Shown one piece after another: positions 29,701-40,476 of a stretch of 64,000 bases of DNA. Location: NCBI GenBank assembly GCA_963764465.1, contig CAVXSO010000004.1, positions 110,494 through 174,493 on the forward strand, given 5' to 3'. The translations under genes were made by a program, and so were the position numbers. Positions within the stretch are counted from its first letter, which is position 1, and each line of letters begins with the position of its first letter. The DNA comes from an uncultured Pseudomonadota bacterium. Lineage in GTDB: Bacteria > Pseudomonadota > Alphaproteobacteria > Acetobacterales > Acetobacteraceae. The notes below the pieces were generated by a model. The model searched no databases and had not been told where the DNA came from. It saw only the letters and a program-made list of their open reading frames with translations.

Positions 29701-29848
29701 GGCGATGATCAATGGCGCGGGCAAGGACCTGCCGGCGGCATTATCGCACCCGTTCTACTGGGCGCCCTTCGCACTCATCGGCGATGGCGGCGGCGAGGGC
29801 GGTCGCAGCGCCGCCCTCCCTCCCGCGAGCGGCAAGGCGCCGCTATAG
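26747..29848 (+). CDS. CHAT-domain (caspase-fold protease) lipoprotein with TPR-like repeats
   Basis: 1033 aa. The ATG is 1 nt after the tpsA stop. Lipoprotein signal MRPVHHWRGFAAALVLIPALAGC (lipobox LAGC). A 4-Cys N-terminal domain is followed by TPR-like repeats (AEAAYRAALALQRKALGPENPDTALTLMDLA...). The C-terminal CHAT domain has intact dyad contexts VLHFATHALL and AVILSACNTGG, then ARAFFYAGARALVVTHWSV. Confidence 0.9.
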   Translation: MRPVHHWRGFAAALVLIPALAGCTKPPAAAYVAGTTAPGGNVGGLALGHNTANEACTLLRNGASGAVYCGAWQQPSAQVAAAGAVSPAALPGLAAGSSWRTGLESRYRCGPPTATTILGGAPVELLQCTQRIGGWPHVALVASIDGQGWYADGVLPALPAMERAVGVMAGRISPSAASASVTSGADQLLASRLAAQAFSSGDVGQYDQLMSVAAQANAAENFAGAEAAYRAALALQRKALGPENPDTALTLMDLALQVSNQGRFPEADTLFAQAAALAPRASDPATIARLNHYEALHELNQGHLQTALRLLRTAGADYAQQLPPAVLNARPAPDTAGSVFAGPGADTGRLIPNRGLLTDFATRSSLLGLIEVRRYESIVLRRLGQRDASIAALRSAETLAAGNGVTQPVLMARLTRTSATDLGAAGDHGPAASAYGAAAVAYEQAIPDSRPVAETELLHAGQLVDAGEPGAALGLCRRAFTLLRQIKLGTSATLINPCLDAYAANAANGPAGGAGDQALLTEMFEASQLAQGSVTSTEIAQATARLAANAHDPKVGAAIRARQDAAQALGDLYRERDRLIQLTGQATASTELDARIAKARNNLANADAALQAAAPNYGQLVQQVATARQVFAALRPGEAFVDTVLGPKHGWSFLLRNGTIHVARIPGGMPRMSELVKRIRASIETESTTLPPFDVADAHALYQDVFGGFGKAFDGTERLVVAPAGPLLSLPFALLLTKPGDANNLARAPWLIREMTVAHVPAAANFVSLRQVAGTSRATQPWFGFGDFHPVTLAQARATFGPRCGDSAQLFADLPPLPFAARELAAAQALMGAARQDELLGPAFTATAVEKLPLDQYRVLHFATHALLPTDLACQNEPAIVTSAPAGAKNASGALLTASDVTGLHLDANAVILSACNTGGPSGGQAGESLSGLARAFFYAGARALVVTHWSVNDQTAAYLIADTLSRYASRPSAGLGGALRSAELAMINGAGKDLPAALSHPFYWAPFALIGDGGGEGGRSAALPPASGKAPL

Positions 29849-29906
29849 TCGGGGCTGGCCAGGCGCAATTGCGCCCGGCGCAACTGGGGCGGCGGGAACG
29901 GACGGC

Positions 29907-32084
<2,178 letters not shown>

Positions 32085-32135
32085 CCCCCGGCGCGTCCGG
32101 GCCTTTCGCGGCGTTCCAGGTCTGCGCCGACCCCG

Positions 32136-32168
32136 GCGCGCGCACCCATCGGTGCCCGCGCGCGTTTT
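32136..32168 (+). terminator. Candidate intrinsic terminator after the kinase gene
   Basis: GC-rich imperfect hairpin (gcgcgcgcacc-catc-ggtgcCCgcgcgcg, with a 2-nt bulge) followed by TTTT, about 50 nt after the stop at 32084. Confidence 0.35.
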
Positions 32169-32243
32169 CCAGGGCAAGAGACCCCGGACGGCCCTATCCC
32201 GCTGGGGGCTACCCTGGCAGCAACGCTATGCGGAGCAGGAAAT

Positions 32244-32269
32244 CCGGCCGGATGATCCTGTCCGGCCGG
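32244..32269 (-). terminator. Candidate hairpin terminator after the ompA-family gene
   Basis: Perfect 9-bp stem CCGGCCGGA / TCCGGCCGG with an 8-nt loop, about 10 nt past the stop of the minus-strand gene ending at 32278. The U-tract is weak (ATTTCC). Confidence 0.3.
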
Positions 32270-32277
32270 CTATTGCG

Positions 32278-32910
32278 CTAGCTGCCGAGATTGGTGATCT
32301 GCACCCGGCGGTTGCGCGGCTCTGGCGTCTGCGGGGGCGTCGGCACCAGCAGGCCCTGCTCGCCGCGGCCTACCGCCTCCAGCCGCGAGGACGGGATAGA
32401 GAACTTGCTCTCGAGGTACTGCGTCACGGCATCCGCACGTTGTTGTGACAGCGCAAGGTTATACGTGCTCGAACCCACCGTGTCGGTGTGGCCGGCGATG
32501 CGGAAGCGGTAGCCCTTCAGCTCCTCGGACGTGAGCGCGGTGCCGAGCTGGTCCAGCGTCTTGATCGCCGACGGCGTGAGGGCGGCGGAGCCATTGGCGA
32601 ACTGCACCGAGAGATTGACGGAGGGCCCGCCCGCCGGCTGGCTCGCGACACTCACGCCCGCCGGCGTCGCGGCGGTTGCCGGTGCGGCGGGCGCGGGCGC
32701 GGGCGCGGGCATCGCCGCCGGTGTCGCGGATGACGCCGGGGCGGGGGGCGGCGAGCCGGCGGGGCGGATGCCACGCGTCGTGCCCGAGATGTTCCCTGTC
32801 GGCCGCAGCGCCTTGATGATCTGGCCCGCGTCCGGATTGGATTGTGCGTGGGCTCCGGCGGCGAGGCCGATCACGACGGCGGCGGTGAGGGCGGTGAAAA
32901 GCTTCGCCAT
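32278..32910 (-). CDS. OmpA/MotB-family peptidoglycan-binding periplasmic protein
   Basis: Signal peptide MAKLFTALTAAVVIGLAAGAHA, a Pro/Ala linker and an OmpA_C-like domain (VQFANGSAALTPSAIKTLDQLG...IAGHTDTVGSSTYNLALSQQRADAV...NRRVQI). Its RBS is AAGGAAAAA. Confidence 0.85.
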   Translation of the reverse strand: MAKLFTALTAAVVIGLAAGAHAQSNPDAGQIIKALRPTGNISGTTRGIRPAGSPPPAPASSATPAAMPAPAPAPAAPATAATPAGVSVASQPAGGPSVNLSVQFANGSAALTPSAIKTLDQLGTALTSEELKGYRFRIAGHTDTVGSSTYNLALSQQRADAVTQYLESKFSIPSSRLEAVGRGEQGLLVPTPPQTPEPRNRRVQITNLGS

Positions 32911-32990
32911 GGCGCATTTTTCCTTATCGAAGATCCAGTTGCATCATAGCAGCCGGGCGGCATCGTGTCAGCCGCGAGTCGCGCATCCTC

Positions 32991-34526
32991 TCAGGCGATG
33001 CCGAGCGAGCGCCACAACTTACCATGGCGGCGCACCGCATGCTGCATCTCCTGCGCCAGCGTCTCGATTTCGGCCTCCGGCGCGCCTGGTGGCGCTAATT
33101 CCCGCGCCCAGCGGACCGCATCGATGCTCGCGCCATCGATACCGCCGGCCGCGGCAAATCGTTCGGAGACGTAGAAATGGCCGAGCGGCACCTGCACGCC
33201 GCCGGCCAGTGCCGGAGAGGCCATGGCGCTCGGCTGGTTCAGCGTCGCCAGGCGCAGGTAGCGCCGGCCGGTGAGCGCGTTGAAGTGACGCGAGGCGGTG
33301 TTCATTGCCGCGCCGGGTCGCGCCAGCACCAGCGCCTGCCCGGATCCCACGAGCATGCCCACCACCTCCGACGGATTGCGCACATGCCCCGCCAGCGCCG
33401 GCTGGGATACAAGCTCGCCCACGGTGCACGGCCCCTGCGCCAGGCGCTCGATGATCGGACGGTAGTAATCCTCGCTCAGCGCCGCGTTTCCCGCCGGCAC
33501 GGAGACCGAATAGGCGATGTCCTCGGGCGCGGTCGCCAGCGCCAGCGTCACCGCCTCGAGGGCCGCGTCGCGCGCGGCGTTGGTAAGGCGGCGCGTGCCG
33601 CGAACATAGATGTCGTGGCGCAGCAGGCGCTCGGTGCACGCATCCACCAGCAGCTCGCGCATCGCCAGATCGGGGAACCGCGCCTGGATGGCACGTTGGC
33701 TCTCGGTCATCATCAGGTCATTGAAGTTCGTCAACAACCTCGCGGAGCCCACGAAATCGAGCTTGGCACCGGCGAGGTCGGCAGCGACGTCGGCATGCCA
33801 GCACGGCGACCAGTGCTCGTTCATGTATTCGTGCGCGATGTACTCCGGCACGCTCTTGTCGAGCCTGGCCAGGATCTCGCCCACCAGTGGCGTCTTGGCG
33901 AGACCCCCCGCCTCCGCCGCGATCAGTTCGCGGACCAGGGCAAGGCCTGCGCGGCTCTGCTCGATGCTGCCATGGCCGAGCCGGTGCCCGGCCTCGCGTA
34001 TCAGGCGCTGCAACAGCAGCGCGCCCTGCCAGCCCGGTAGCGCGTTGTAGCTGACATGCACGAGCCCGCCGGCCCGCACCCTGGCGCGCAGCAGCCGCAC
34101 GATCCCCACGCGCACCTCCGGCGCCACCCAGGACCACACGCCATGCAGGCTCGTGACATCCGCCTCCGGGATCTCCGCCAGCAACGGATCCTCGGCCAGT
34201 GTGGCGAGATCTGCCTCGAGAAATCGGATATTGCCAAGCCCCAGCTCGGCTGCGGTGCGCCGGGCGGAAGCGATATGCGCCGGGTTGAAGTCGACCGCGG
34301 TGACGCGCCAGCCTGGATTTGCGGCAGCCAGCAGCGTCGCGCCAAAGCCGTGCCCGCAGCCGAGCTCAAGGTAGCGCACCTCGTCGGTGGGTCCTGGCAG
34401 GTCAGTCTCGACACCCCGCAGCAGTGACGCGAGCGCCAGATGAACCGGCGCCTGCTCGGCGTAGTAGCCGCGCGAATAGGCAGTATCCGTGACATAGCCG
34501 GCGGACCAGTCACCCGCGGTTGTCAT
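32991..34526 (-). CDS. Class I SAM-dependent methyltransferase with a long C-terminal (methyltransferase-regulatory-like) domain
   Basis: Starts MTTAGDWSAGYVTDTAY. SAM motif I is YLELGCGHGFGATLLA, followed by VTAVDFNPAHI...RFLEADL...SLHGVWSWV. The ATG overlaps the tssG stop (ATGA at 34526-34523). Confidence 0.8.
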   Translation of the reverse strand: MTTAGDWSAGYVTDTAYSRGYYAEQAPVHLALASLLRGVETDLPGPTDEVRYLELGCGHGFGATLLAAANPGWRVTAVDFNPAHIASARRTAAELGLGNIRFLEADLATLAEDPLLAEIPEADVTSLHGVWSWVAPEVRVGIVRLLRARVRAGGLVHVSYNALPGWQGALLLQRLIREAGHRLGHGSIEQSRAGLALVRELIAAEAGGLAKTPLVGEILARLDKSVPEYIAHEYMNEHWSPCWHADVAADLAGAKLDFVGSARLLTNFNDLMMTESQRAIQARFPDLAMRELLVDACTERLLRHDIYVRGTRRLTNAARDAALEAVTLALATAPEDIAYSVSVPAGNAALSEDYYRPIIERLAQGPCTVGELVSQPALAGHVRNPSEVVGMLVGSGQALVLARPGAAMNTASRHFNALTGRRYLRLATLNQPSAMASPALAGGVQVPLGHFYVSERFAAAGGIDGASIDAVRWARELAPPGAPEAEIETLAQEMQHAVRRHGKLWRSLGIA

Positions 34527-35617
34527 GCCAGCATTTCCTTGGCGTGCAATCCCTTGGTAAGTCGTAACGTTTCGGCTTCGACCACGGCGGCCTCGAACAC
34601 CGCCTCGCTGGCGTCCGTCTCGCGGCCACGCGGCATGGGCAGCCAGGTGTTCCAGCCGAGCCGCGGCGGCGCCTCGGCGCCCGGCGAGAGCTCGAGCGGC
34701 GGCACGGCGGCGGCGGCGAGCAGGAGGTTGACGGCGAAATCCGTCTCGAGCCCGAGATAGGCGCGCACCAGCGAGACCAGCTGGCGCAGCCCCTCGCGGT
34801 CCGGCAGCAGGGCAACGAAGCCGGCGCGCTCCAGCGGGCCGATGCGCAGCACCACCCGGCCCTGGATATCCCAGGCACGCTCGCCGATCGCGGCATCGAC
34901 GCCGAGCCGCCCATGCGCACCAGGCCGCGCGCCGAACGGCAGGCGCGTCTGCTCCGCCGGCGAGAGATGCAGCCACGCGCCCTCGAACTGGCGGACCTCG
35001 ACCGGCCGGCCGAGCCAGTCGCCGGCCAATGCCGCCAGCCGGTCCGCCGAGCGCGGCCGCAGCGCGAAGGTGCCAGCATAGTGCAGCAGCGGATCCGTGC
35101 CGGCGGCGATGCGCTCGCGCAGATGGCTGGTACCAAAGCCGGTCAGCGCAAACAGCACCGCGGCGACCGGGTCTGCCGTCGGGGCGGCCGCGGGCTCATC
35201 CGCATCGGCCGCGGAAACGCGCAGCGCCGCCGCCTCGACCGCGCGATGCGGGCGATACTTGATGCCGGCCCTCGCGAAATGTCCCACCAGGCGCTGCGCC
35301 AGCAGGTCGAGGAATGCCATGAAGGCCGGCGAACGATGGCGCAGTGTCGTGGACAGCGCCTCCGCATAGTAGCGCGGCAGCACGCCCATCGCGCCTGCCA
35401 GCGTCATCACGGGGGTCGCAAGGCGCGGCGTCTCCTCCTCGATCTCCACCCGGGTGACCTCGGCCGCGGGGAAGGCAAGGCTGGACGTGGCGCGGAAGGC
35501 GATGGCATCGGCCGGGCTGTCGCTACGCTTGCGCAACATCAGCAGTCGCGCCGCGGCATCGAAGGTAAAGCGCCACGGCGCGCGTGCGAGGCGCGCGAGG
35601 GGCGAACCGGGCGTCAA
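34523..35617 (-). CDS. tssG: Type VI secretion baseplate subunit TssG (ImpH/VasB)
   Basis: 364 aa from TTG 35617, overlapping the tssF stop (TTGA). The N-terminus APWRFTFDAAARLLML resembles the conserved F.FFQA.RLLE start. It sits directly after tssF. The 852-aa track ORF is an out-of-frame upstream extension. Confidence 0.85.
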   Translation of the reverse strand: MTPGSPLARLARAPWRFTFDAAARLLMLRKRSDSPADAIAFRATSSLAFPAAEVTRVEIEEETPRLATPVMTLAGAMGVLPRYYAEALSTTLRHRSPAFMAFLDLLAQRLVGHFARAGIKYRPHRAVEAAALRVSAADADEPAAAPTADPVAAVLFALTGFGTSHLRERIAAGTDPLLHYAGTFALRPRSADRLAALAGDWLGRPVEVRQFEGAWLHLSPAEQTRLPFGARPGAHGRLGVDAAIGERAWDIQGRVVLRIGPLERAGFVALLPDREGLRQLVSLVRAYLGLETDFAVNLLLAAAAVPPLELSPGAEAPPRLGWNTWLPMPRGRETDASEAVFEAAVVEAETLRLTKGLHAKEMLA

Positions 35618-37446
35618 AGCAGGGTGCGCGCGCCGGCGCGCGGTGGGAACGAGGCCACGGTCCCGGAGCGCCCGCGCAGCACCGCGCGCGTGCGCACGAA
35701 GGCGTTCACGCTGGCGTGCAGGCCAAGGAACCGGTCGAGCACCGAGGCCATCAGGAACAGCCCGCTCGTCTGCCACACGCGCTGGTCGAACTCGAGCGTC
35801 ACATCGAGCCCACGGCAGAAGGCGCCGACCCGCGCCCCGGGCACCCGCGCCGCCCCCGGTGTCGCGCGCACCGCCAGCAGTCCGCCGATCGCTGCCCGGC
35901 TCTCCGCGGAATCCCTCAAATCGTAGAGGCGCAGCACTTCCTTGAGCGCGTTGGCGCCCTCCGCCTCGCCCACCACCGAGAGATGGCCAAGCGAGAGATG
36001 CGAGATCAACCGCCAGAACCCGTGCTCGCGCAGTTGCATGCGCGCCGGCGCCGTGGGTGCGGTCAGGCAGTTGACGCGCGCGACCGCCGCGGCTCCCTCG
36101 GCGAGGCGCAGGCGCGGATGCCCGCCGCCGAAGGGCAGTTCCGTCGGCAGGTCGCGGTTGCTGCAAAGCGCATCCACCGAAAGCACTGTCTCGGCCGGCG
36201 TGTCGGGGTCGAGCGCCGGGTCGAACGGCGCCAGATAGACCTCGCTGCCACGCAGCGGCGCCGGGCTGTCGCGGCGCGCCACGAGATAAAAGCCGCCGGG
36301 CGTCTCGGTATCGGGATCGCCGTGGGTGAGGCGGTAGAAGGGTCGCCACGGGCGCGACGAACCGTCGGGACGGCTTTCGCGCACCTGCTCGACGCCCCAG
36401 ACCTCGAAGGTCGCGGGCCGGCGCACGTCCGGCACCACGCGATATTCGGTTGTCATGTGCGTGAGCGGGATCGGGTCGCAGCGTTGCGGAAAGAGGTTGA
36501 CCACCGGCGTGCAGCCGAGCGCCAGCGCCTCCGGCCCCACCATGCGCTCGAGATCGGGCAGCGCATGGTCGAGATAGACGAAGATCTCGAGCCGGTTGCC
36601 CGCCGGCGCGGTGGCGGATCCGGTCTTGGCCTCGATGCCGGCGAGGTCGAGGAAAAGGAACTTCTCGGGTGACGCGAAATATTCCGACAGCAGGCGAAAG
36701 CCGGAGAAACTGCGCGCCGGCCAGGGCAGCAGTGCCTCCTCCGGCGCGAAGCCGACCGGCTGGATCGCCTCCGGCCCGGCAAGCACGGCCGCCGTGTCGG
36801 AGGGGCCATCCGCGAAGGCCACGCCGAGCGCATGCCTCGCGAGAAGTTCGTAGAGCGGCAGCGCAATGTTCGGCGCGGCACGCAGGAACAGCCGCAGCCG
36901 GTCCAGGCCGAGATCCGCGAACGTCTTGTCCGGGCTCGCGGTGCGCAGCGTGATCCGCAGCACGCTCATCGCCCCCGCCGCGCGCGGGTTCGGGGGCGCT
37001 GCCAGAGGCTGGCCGGACAGACGCACCCCCTCGATCTCGACGGGCCAGAGTGTCGTCTCGTATGCGGTACGGAATCGGCACGTCTCGCCGCGCACCGGCT
37101 CGGTGTCGAGCGGGAAGAAGCGGGGAATCCGTGCCGACCCCGCGAGGTCCGGCTGTGGCGCGAACTGCACCACGGCGGTGGCGGGGAAGGGGGCCAGGTA
37201 GTGCGGGTAGAGCACGCCCAGAAGCGCGTCGGTCAGCTCGGGGAACTCGTCGTCGAGCCGATGATGCACGCGCGCGGCGAGGAAGGCGACGCCGTCGAGC
37301 AGGCGCGCGACCAGCGGGTCGTCCACCGCGTCGCGCGAAAGGCGCAGGCGCCCCGCAATCTTGGGATTGGCCTCCGCGAACTCGGCCGCGAGCCGGCGGA
37401 TCGCGACCAGTTCCCGGTTGTAGTAGGGCAGCAGCGTGTCAGACAT
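35614..37446 (-). CDS. tssF: Type VI secretion baseplate subunit TssF (ImpG/VasA)
   Basis: 610 aa with the conserved start MSDTLLPYYNRELVAIRRLAAEFAEANPKIAGRLRLS...DPLVARLLDGVAFLAARV. Confidence 0.92.
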   Translation of the reverse strand: MSDTLLPYYNRELVAIRRLAAEFAEANPKIAGRLRLSRDAVDDPLVARLLDGVAFLAARVHHRLDDEFPELTDALLGVLYPHYLAPFPATAVVQFAPQPDLAGSARIPRFFPLDTEPVRGETCRFRTAYETTLWPVEIEGVRLSGQPLAAPPNPRAAGAMSVLRITLRTASPDKTFADLGLDRLRLFLRAAPNIALPLYELLARHALGVAFADGPSDTAAVLAGPEAIQPVGFAPEEALLPWPARSFSGFRLLSEYFASPEKFLFLDLAGIEAKTGSATAPAGNRLEIFVYLDHALPDLERMVGPEALALGCTPVVNLFPQRCDPIPLTHMTTEYRVVPDVRRPATFEVWGVEQVRESRPDGSSRPWRPFYRLTHGDPDTETPGGFYLVARRDSPAPLRGSEVYLAPFDPALDPDTPAETVLSVDALCSNRDLPTELPFGGGHPRLRLAEGAAAVARVNCLTAPTAPARMQLREHGFWRLISHLSLGHLSVVGEAEGANALKEVLRLYDLRDSAESRAAIGGLLAVRATPGAARVPGARVGAFCRGLDVTLEFDQRVWQTSGLFLMASVLDRFLGLHASVNAFVRTRAVLRGRSGTVASFPPRAGARTLL

Positions 37447-37993
37447 CGTCGCGGCCCTTCACCTCGACATCGGTGGTGGCGATGTCGACCGTGGTGTCGA
37501 AGGCGATCGGCTCCGGCGCGGGCTCGGCGTGCAGCAGGCCGTCGATACGCAGCCGTAACGTCGGCTCCAGCTTGTTCGCGCCCTCCACCAGCGAGACGCT
37601 CACCGTCGCGAGCCGCGGTTCGAAGCGCCGGATCGTGGCCTCGATCTCCTCGCGCAGCGCCTCGCGCCGCTTGGGATCGCTCATCGTGCCGGAGGTGAAG
37701 TCCGGCACGCCGTAGCCCATGGAGGAACTCGCAAGCTCGCCGAACTCCGCGGGCCAGGAGCGGTGGCGCCGCCGCGCGTTGAGCAGTGCCTCGAGATCGC
37801 GGCGCACGGATGCGCGCAGGATGGCGAGCGCCTCGACGCTGCCGATCGGCGGGTCGCGCTCGGCCTCGGGGTTGTCGTCCATCAGCCGGTCGAGCAGGGG
37901 CAGCAGCGCGCGCACCGGGGCGCGCCTCGCCGCGGCCTCGCCGCGCCCGCCATCGCTCCAGCCTCCACGGGGATCGCGCCCGCGCCCGCTCAT
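37439..37993 (-). CDS. tssE: Type VI secretion baseplate subunit TssE (gp25-like)
   Basis: LLPLLDRLMDDNPE...SVRRDLEALLNARR...YGVPDFTS is typical of TssE/GPW_gp25. ATG 37993 is preferred; TTG 38041 (track start) is possible. Confidence 0.8.
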   Translation of the reverse strand: MSGRGRDPRGGWSDGGRGEAAARRAPVRALLPLLDRLMDDNPEAERDPPIGSVEALAILRASVRRDLEALLNARRRHRSWPAEFGELASSSMGYGVPDFTSGTMSDPKRREALREEIEATIRRFEPRLATVSVSLVEGANKLEPTLRLRIDGLLHAEPAPEPIAFDTTVDIATTDVEVKGRDDV

Positions 37994-38051
37994 GCGCCGC
38001 CCGCCTTCAGGCCCAGCGCCGTCTCCATAAGCGATGGCCAAAGGCCTCGCA

Positions 38052-38900
38052 TCACGCGCCGGCGAAGCTGAGTTCGGTCAGGTCCATGATCCCGACTGCG
38101 TCGTCGCCGGCAAGGAAGACGCGCTGTCCCACGCCGCGCACCAGCCCGGGGGCGAGTTCCCGCCACTCCGTCTCGCGGCCGAGCCGCAGCGCCGCGGACA
38201 GGTCCGGCTCGTCGCTGGCATAGGTCGCGGGCAGGTAGATCTCGCCGTCCGGCCCATCCTGCACGGACATGCTGGCGCGCCTCCAGATCAGGTCCCGTGG
38301 CCGCTTCGGCGCATGGAACTGCAACAATTCCACCCGCTCGGTCGGGATCCAGAAATACTTGCCGGTCGAGGTGAGTACCTCAAAGAATCCGGTCGCGAGG
38401 TCGTCCGCGTCGCGGAAATCGTCGATCGGCTTGCCGGCGATCGTGCCCGCGGCGCGCGGACGCGCCTCCTCGGCGGTCGCAGCCAGGCGCGCCGCCTCCG
38501 CGACGTCGCCGCCGCGCAGGGCGACGAGAGCCGCCAGCGCCGCGCGCTCCGGTTCGCCCGGCTCCCCCAGAAACTCGGGCACGCGGCCGTCGCGGTACAG
38601 CTGCCGCCGCGCCGTCTCCGCGCGCAGCAGCTGGCGGAATTCGGCGATCACCACCGCGGCGCCAGGGTCGGCCTCGGAGGCGGCGTCCAGGATCACGTCG
38701 GCACGTTCCAGATTGCCCGCGGCGAGCAGCAGTTCCGCGAGCAGCACGCGCGCGCCGAGATCGGTCGGCGTCTTGCGCACCGCCGCGCCGGCGGCATCGA
38801 CCGCTTCGGCAAGCTTGCCGAACTCGAAACAGGTTTCCCGCCGTCTCCGCACCATCCGGCATCGCTCTTCCTCCGCTTCCCTCACGTTGATCCGTAACAT
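38052..38900 (-). CDS. tagJ: T6SS accessory protein TagJ (ImpE/SciE family)
   Basis: N-terminal TPR-like helices are followed by the SciE-type C-terminus DDFRDADDLATGFFEVLTSTGKYFWIPTERVELLQFHAPKRPRDLIWRRA...GEIYLPATY. The start is ambiguous (ATG 38900 or 38855); the track start at 39023 overlaps tssC. Confidence 0.8.
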   Translation of the reverse strand: MLRINVREAEEERCRMVRRRRETCFEFGKLAEAVDAAGAAVRKTPTDLGARVLLAELLLAAGNLERADVILDAASEADPGAAVVIAEFRQLLRAETARRQLYRDGRVPEFLGEPGEPERAALAALVALRGGDVAEAARLAATAEEARPRAAGTIAGKPIDDFRDADDLATGFFEVLTSTGKYFWIPTERVELLQFHAPKRPRDLIWRRASMSVQDGPDGEIYLPATYASDEPDLSAALRLGRETEWRELAPGLVRGVGQRVFLAGDDAVGIMDLTELSFAGA

Positions 38901-38922
38901 TCCCGCCGCTCGCGTTCCGAAC

Positions 38923-40473
38923 TTATCGCACCGATCCAGGGGCGGCGATATCGGTGACGAGGCGGAAGCTCGCAGACACGTCGTCGAGTTGGAAATGCGG
39001 CTGCAGGTGGATGATGCAGCCATACACGCCCGGCCGGCCAGGCCGCTCGCGCACGTTCACCCGGCCGGCGAGCAGCGGATAGCGCGCGCGGCTGTCGGCA
39101 CCGGCGCTCACGCTCGCGTTGACGTGGCGGTTGAGCCAGGTCTGCAACTGGTGCTCGATCTCTTCCGCCGTGCGGAAGGAGCCGACCATGTCGCGGCCCA
39201 GCACCTTGAGGTAGTGAGCGAAGCGGGAGACGCAGAGTAGCGTGTTAATCTGTGCCGAGATCCGCGCGTTGGCGTTGGCCGCCTCCGCCGTCGGGCCGGC
39301 GTAGAGCCGCGGCGCCTGCAGGCTGCGTACGGCGCCGAACACCGCGTCCTCGGACCATGGAATGCCGGCGAGTGGCATGAACCCGGCGTCCACCAGCGCG
39401 CGTTCCTGATGGTCCGTCAGCACCACCTCCAGCGGCGGGCGCACCCAGATCAGGCCGGCCTCGGTGGAGAACGCTTCAAGCGGCAACTCGTCCACCAGCC
39501 CGCCATTGCGCTGGTCCATCTCAACGCCGCGCACATCGGCGGGCCAGCCGAAATCGGCAAAGGCGCGCGCGACGGTGGCGGCAAATGCGTAGGCCGGGTT
39601 CATCCACACGCGGCTTTCCGCGTCCGGCGCGTCCTCCTCGTAGCGGAACGGCTCGGCACGCAGCGGCGAGTTCCGCCACGGTGGGCGCGCCAGCACCCGC
39701 GGCATCGCGAGTGCGAGGAAACGGATGTCCTCGACCGCGAACAGGCCACGCCAGCGCGTGTATTCGGTGCCGCGGAACACCGACGCGGGATCGCCGAGCC
39801 CGGCGAGGTCAGCGAAGCCATCGAGGCCCAGCAGTTCCGGCGCCACGCCGAGGACGGTGGGCGTGAAGGAGGCCGCCGAGACCCCGGCCAGCAGCTTGAG
39901 CCCGCCGATATCGTCGGTGGGCGCGCCCGGGCCGGGCCGATGGCGCACCTCGTGGTCGATCACGACGAGCCCATAGGGCTCACCGCCGGGAGTGCCGAAC
40001 TCCTCCTCGTAAATCTTGCGAAACAGCTGGCTCTGGTCGAACTCGGCGGCGCGCTCGAGGTCGCGCACCAGTTCCGGCCAGGCGGCGTTGAGCACCCGCA
40101 CCTTCACCCGGCCGCCTGGCTCGATGCCGCCGATCAGCCAGGCGAGGCCACGCCACGCCCCCTCGATCCGGCGCAGGCGCGGATGATGCAGGATCGCATC
40201 GAGCTGACCCGCGATCAGCGCGTCGATCGTGGCGATGTCGCGATCGAGGGCAAGCCGCAGCCGCGCGACGTCGCCGGCGAGCGGCGCCGCGCGCTCGGCG
40301 CCGAACCAGTCGCGCAACAGCGCCGCCGGCTCGCTCCTGGCGACGAAGGAGGCGACGTGTTCCGCCGCCGCCTCGCGCCCCGCGCCGACGAACCGCCCGT
40401 CGAGCACGATGTCGCGCGCCGGGCGCGGCGGGGCCGTGGTCTCGGCCGCCGCCCCTCCCGCCGCTGCCTCCAA
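38923..40473 (-). CDS. tssC: Second TssC-family sheath protein paralogue (ImpD-like)
   Basis: 516 aa sharing TssC blocks with the upstream gene: [58 protein letters not shown]. Otherwise it is strongly diverged. The TTG start is 3 nt after the upstream tssC stop. Confidence 0.85.
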   Translation of the reverse strand: MEAAAGGAAAETTAPPRPARDIVLDGRFVGAGREAAAEHVASFVARSEPAALLRDWFGAERAAPLAGDVARLRLALDRDIATIDALIAGQLDAILHHPRLRRIEGAWRGLAWLIGGIEPGGRVKVRVLNAAWPELVRDLERAAEFDQSQLFRKIYEEEFGTPGGEPYGLVVIDHEVRHRPGPGAPTDDIGGLKLLAGVSAASFTPTVLGVAPELLGLDGFADLAGLGDPASVFRGTEYTRWRGLFAVEDIRFLALAMPRVLARPPWRNSPLRAEPFRYEEDAPDAESRVWMNPAYAFAATVARAFADFGWPADVRGVEMDQRNGGLVDELPLEAFSTEAGLIWVRPPLEVVLTDHQERALVDAGFMPLAGIPWSEDAVFGAVRSLQAPRLYAGPTAEAANANARISAQINTLLCVSRFAHYLKVLGRDMVGSFRTAEEIEHQLQTWLNRHVNASVSAGADSRARYPLLAGRVNVRERPGRPGVYGCIIHLQPHFQLDDVSASFRLVTDIAAPGSVR

Positions 40474-40476
40474 GCG

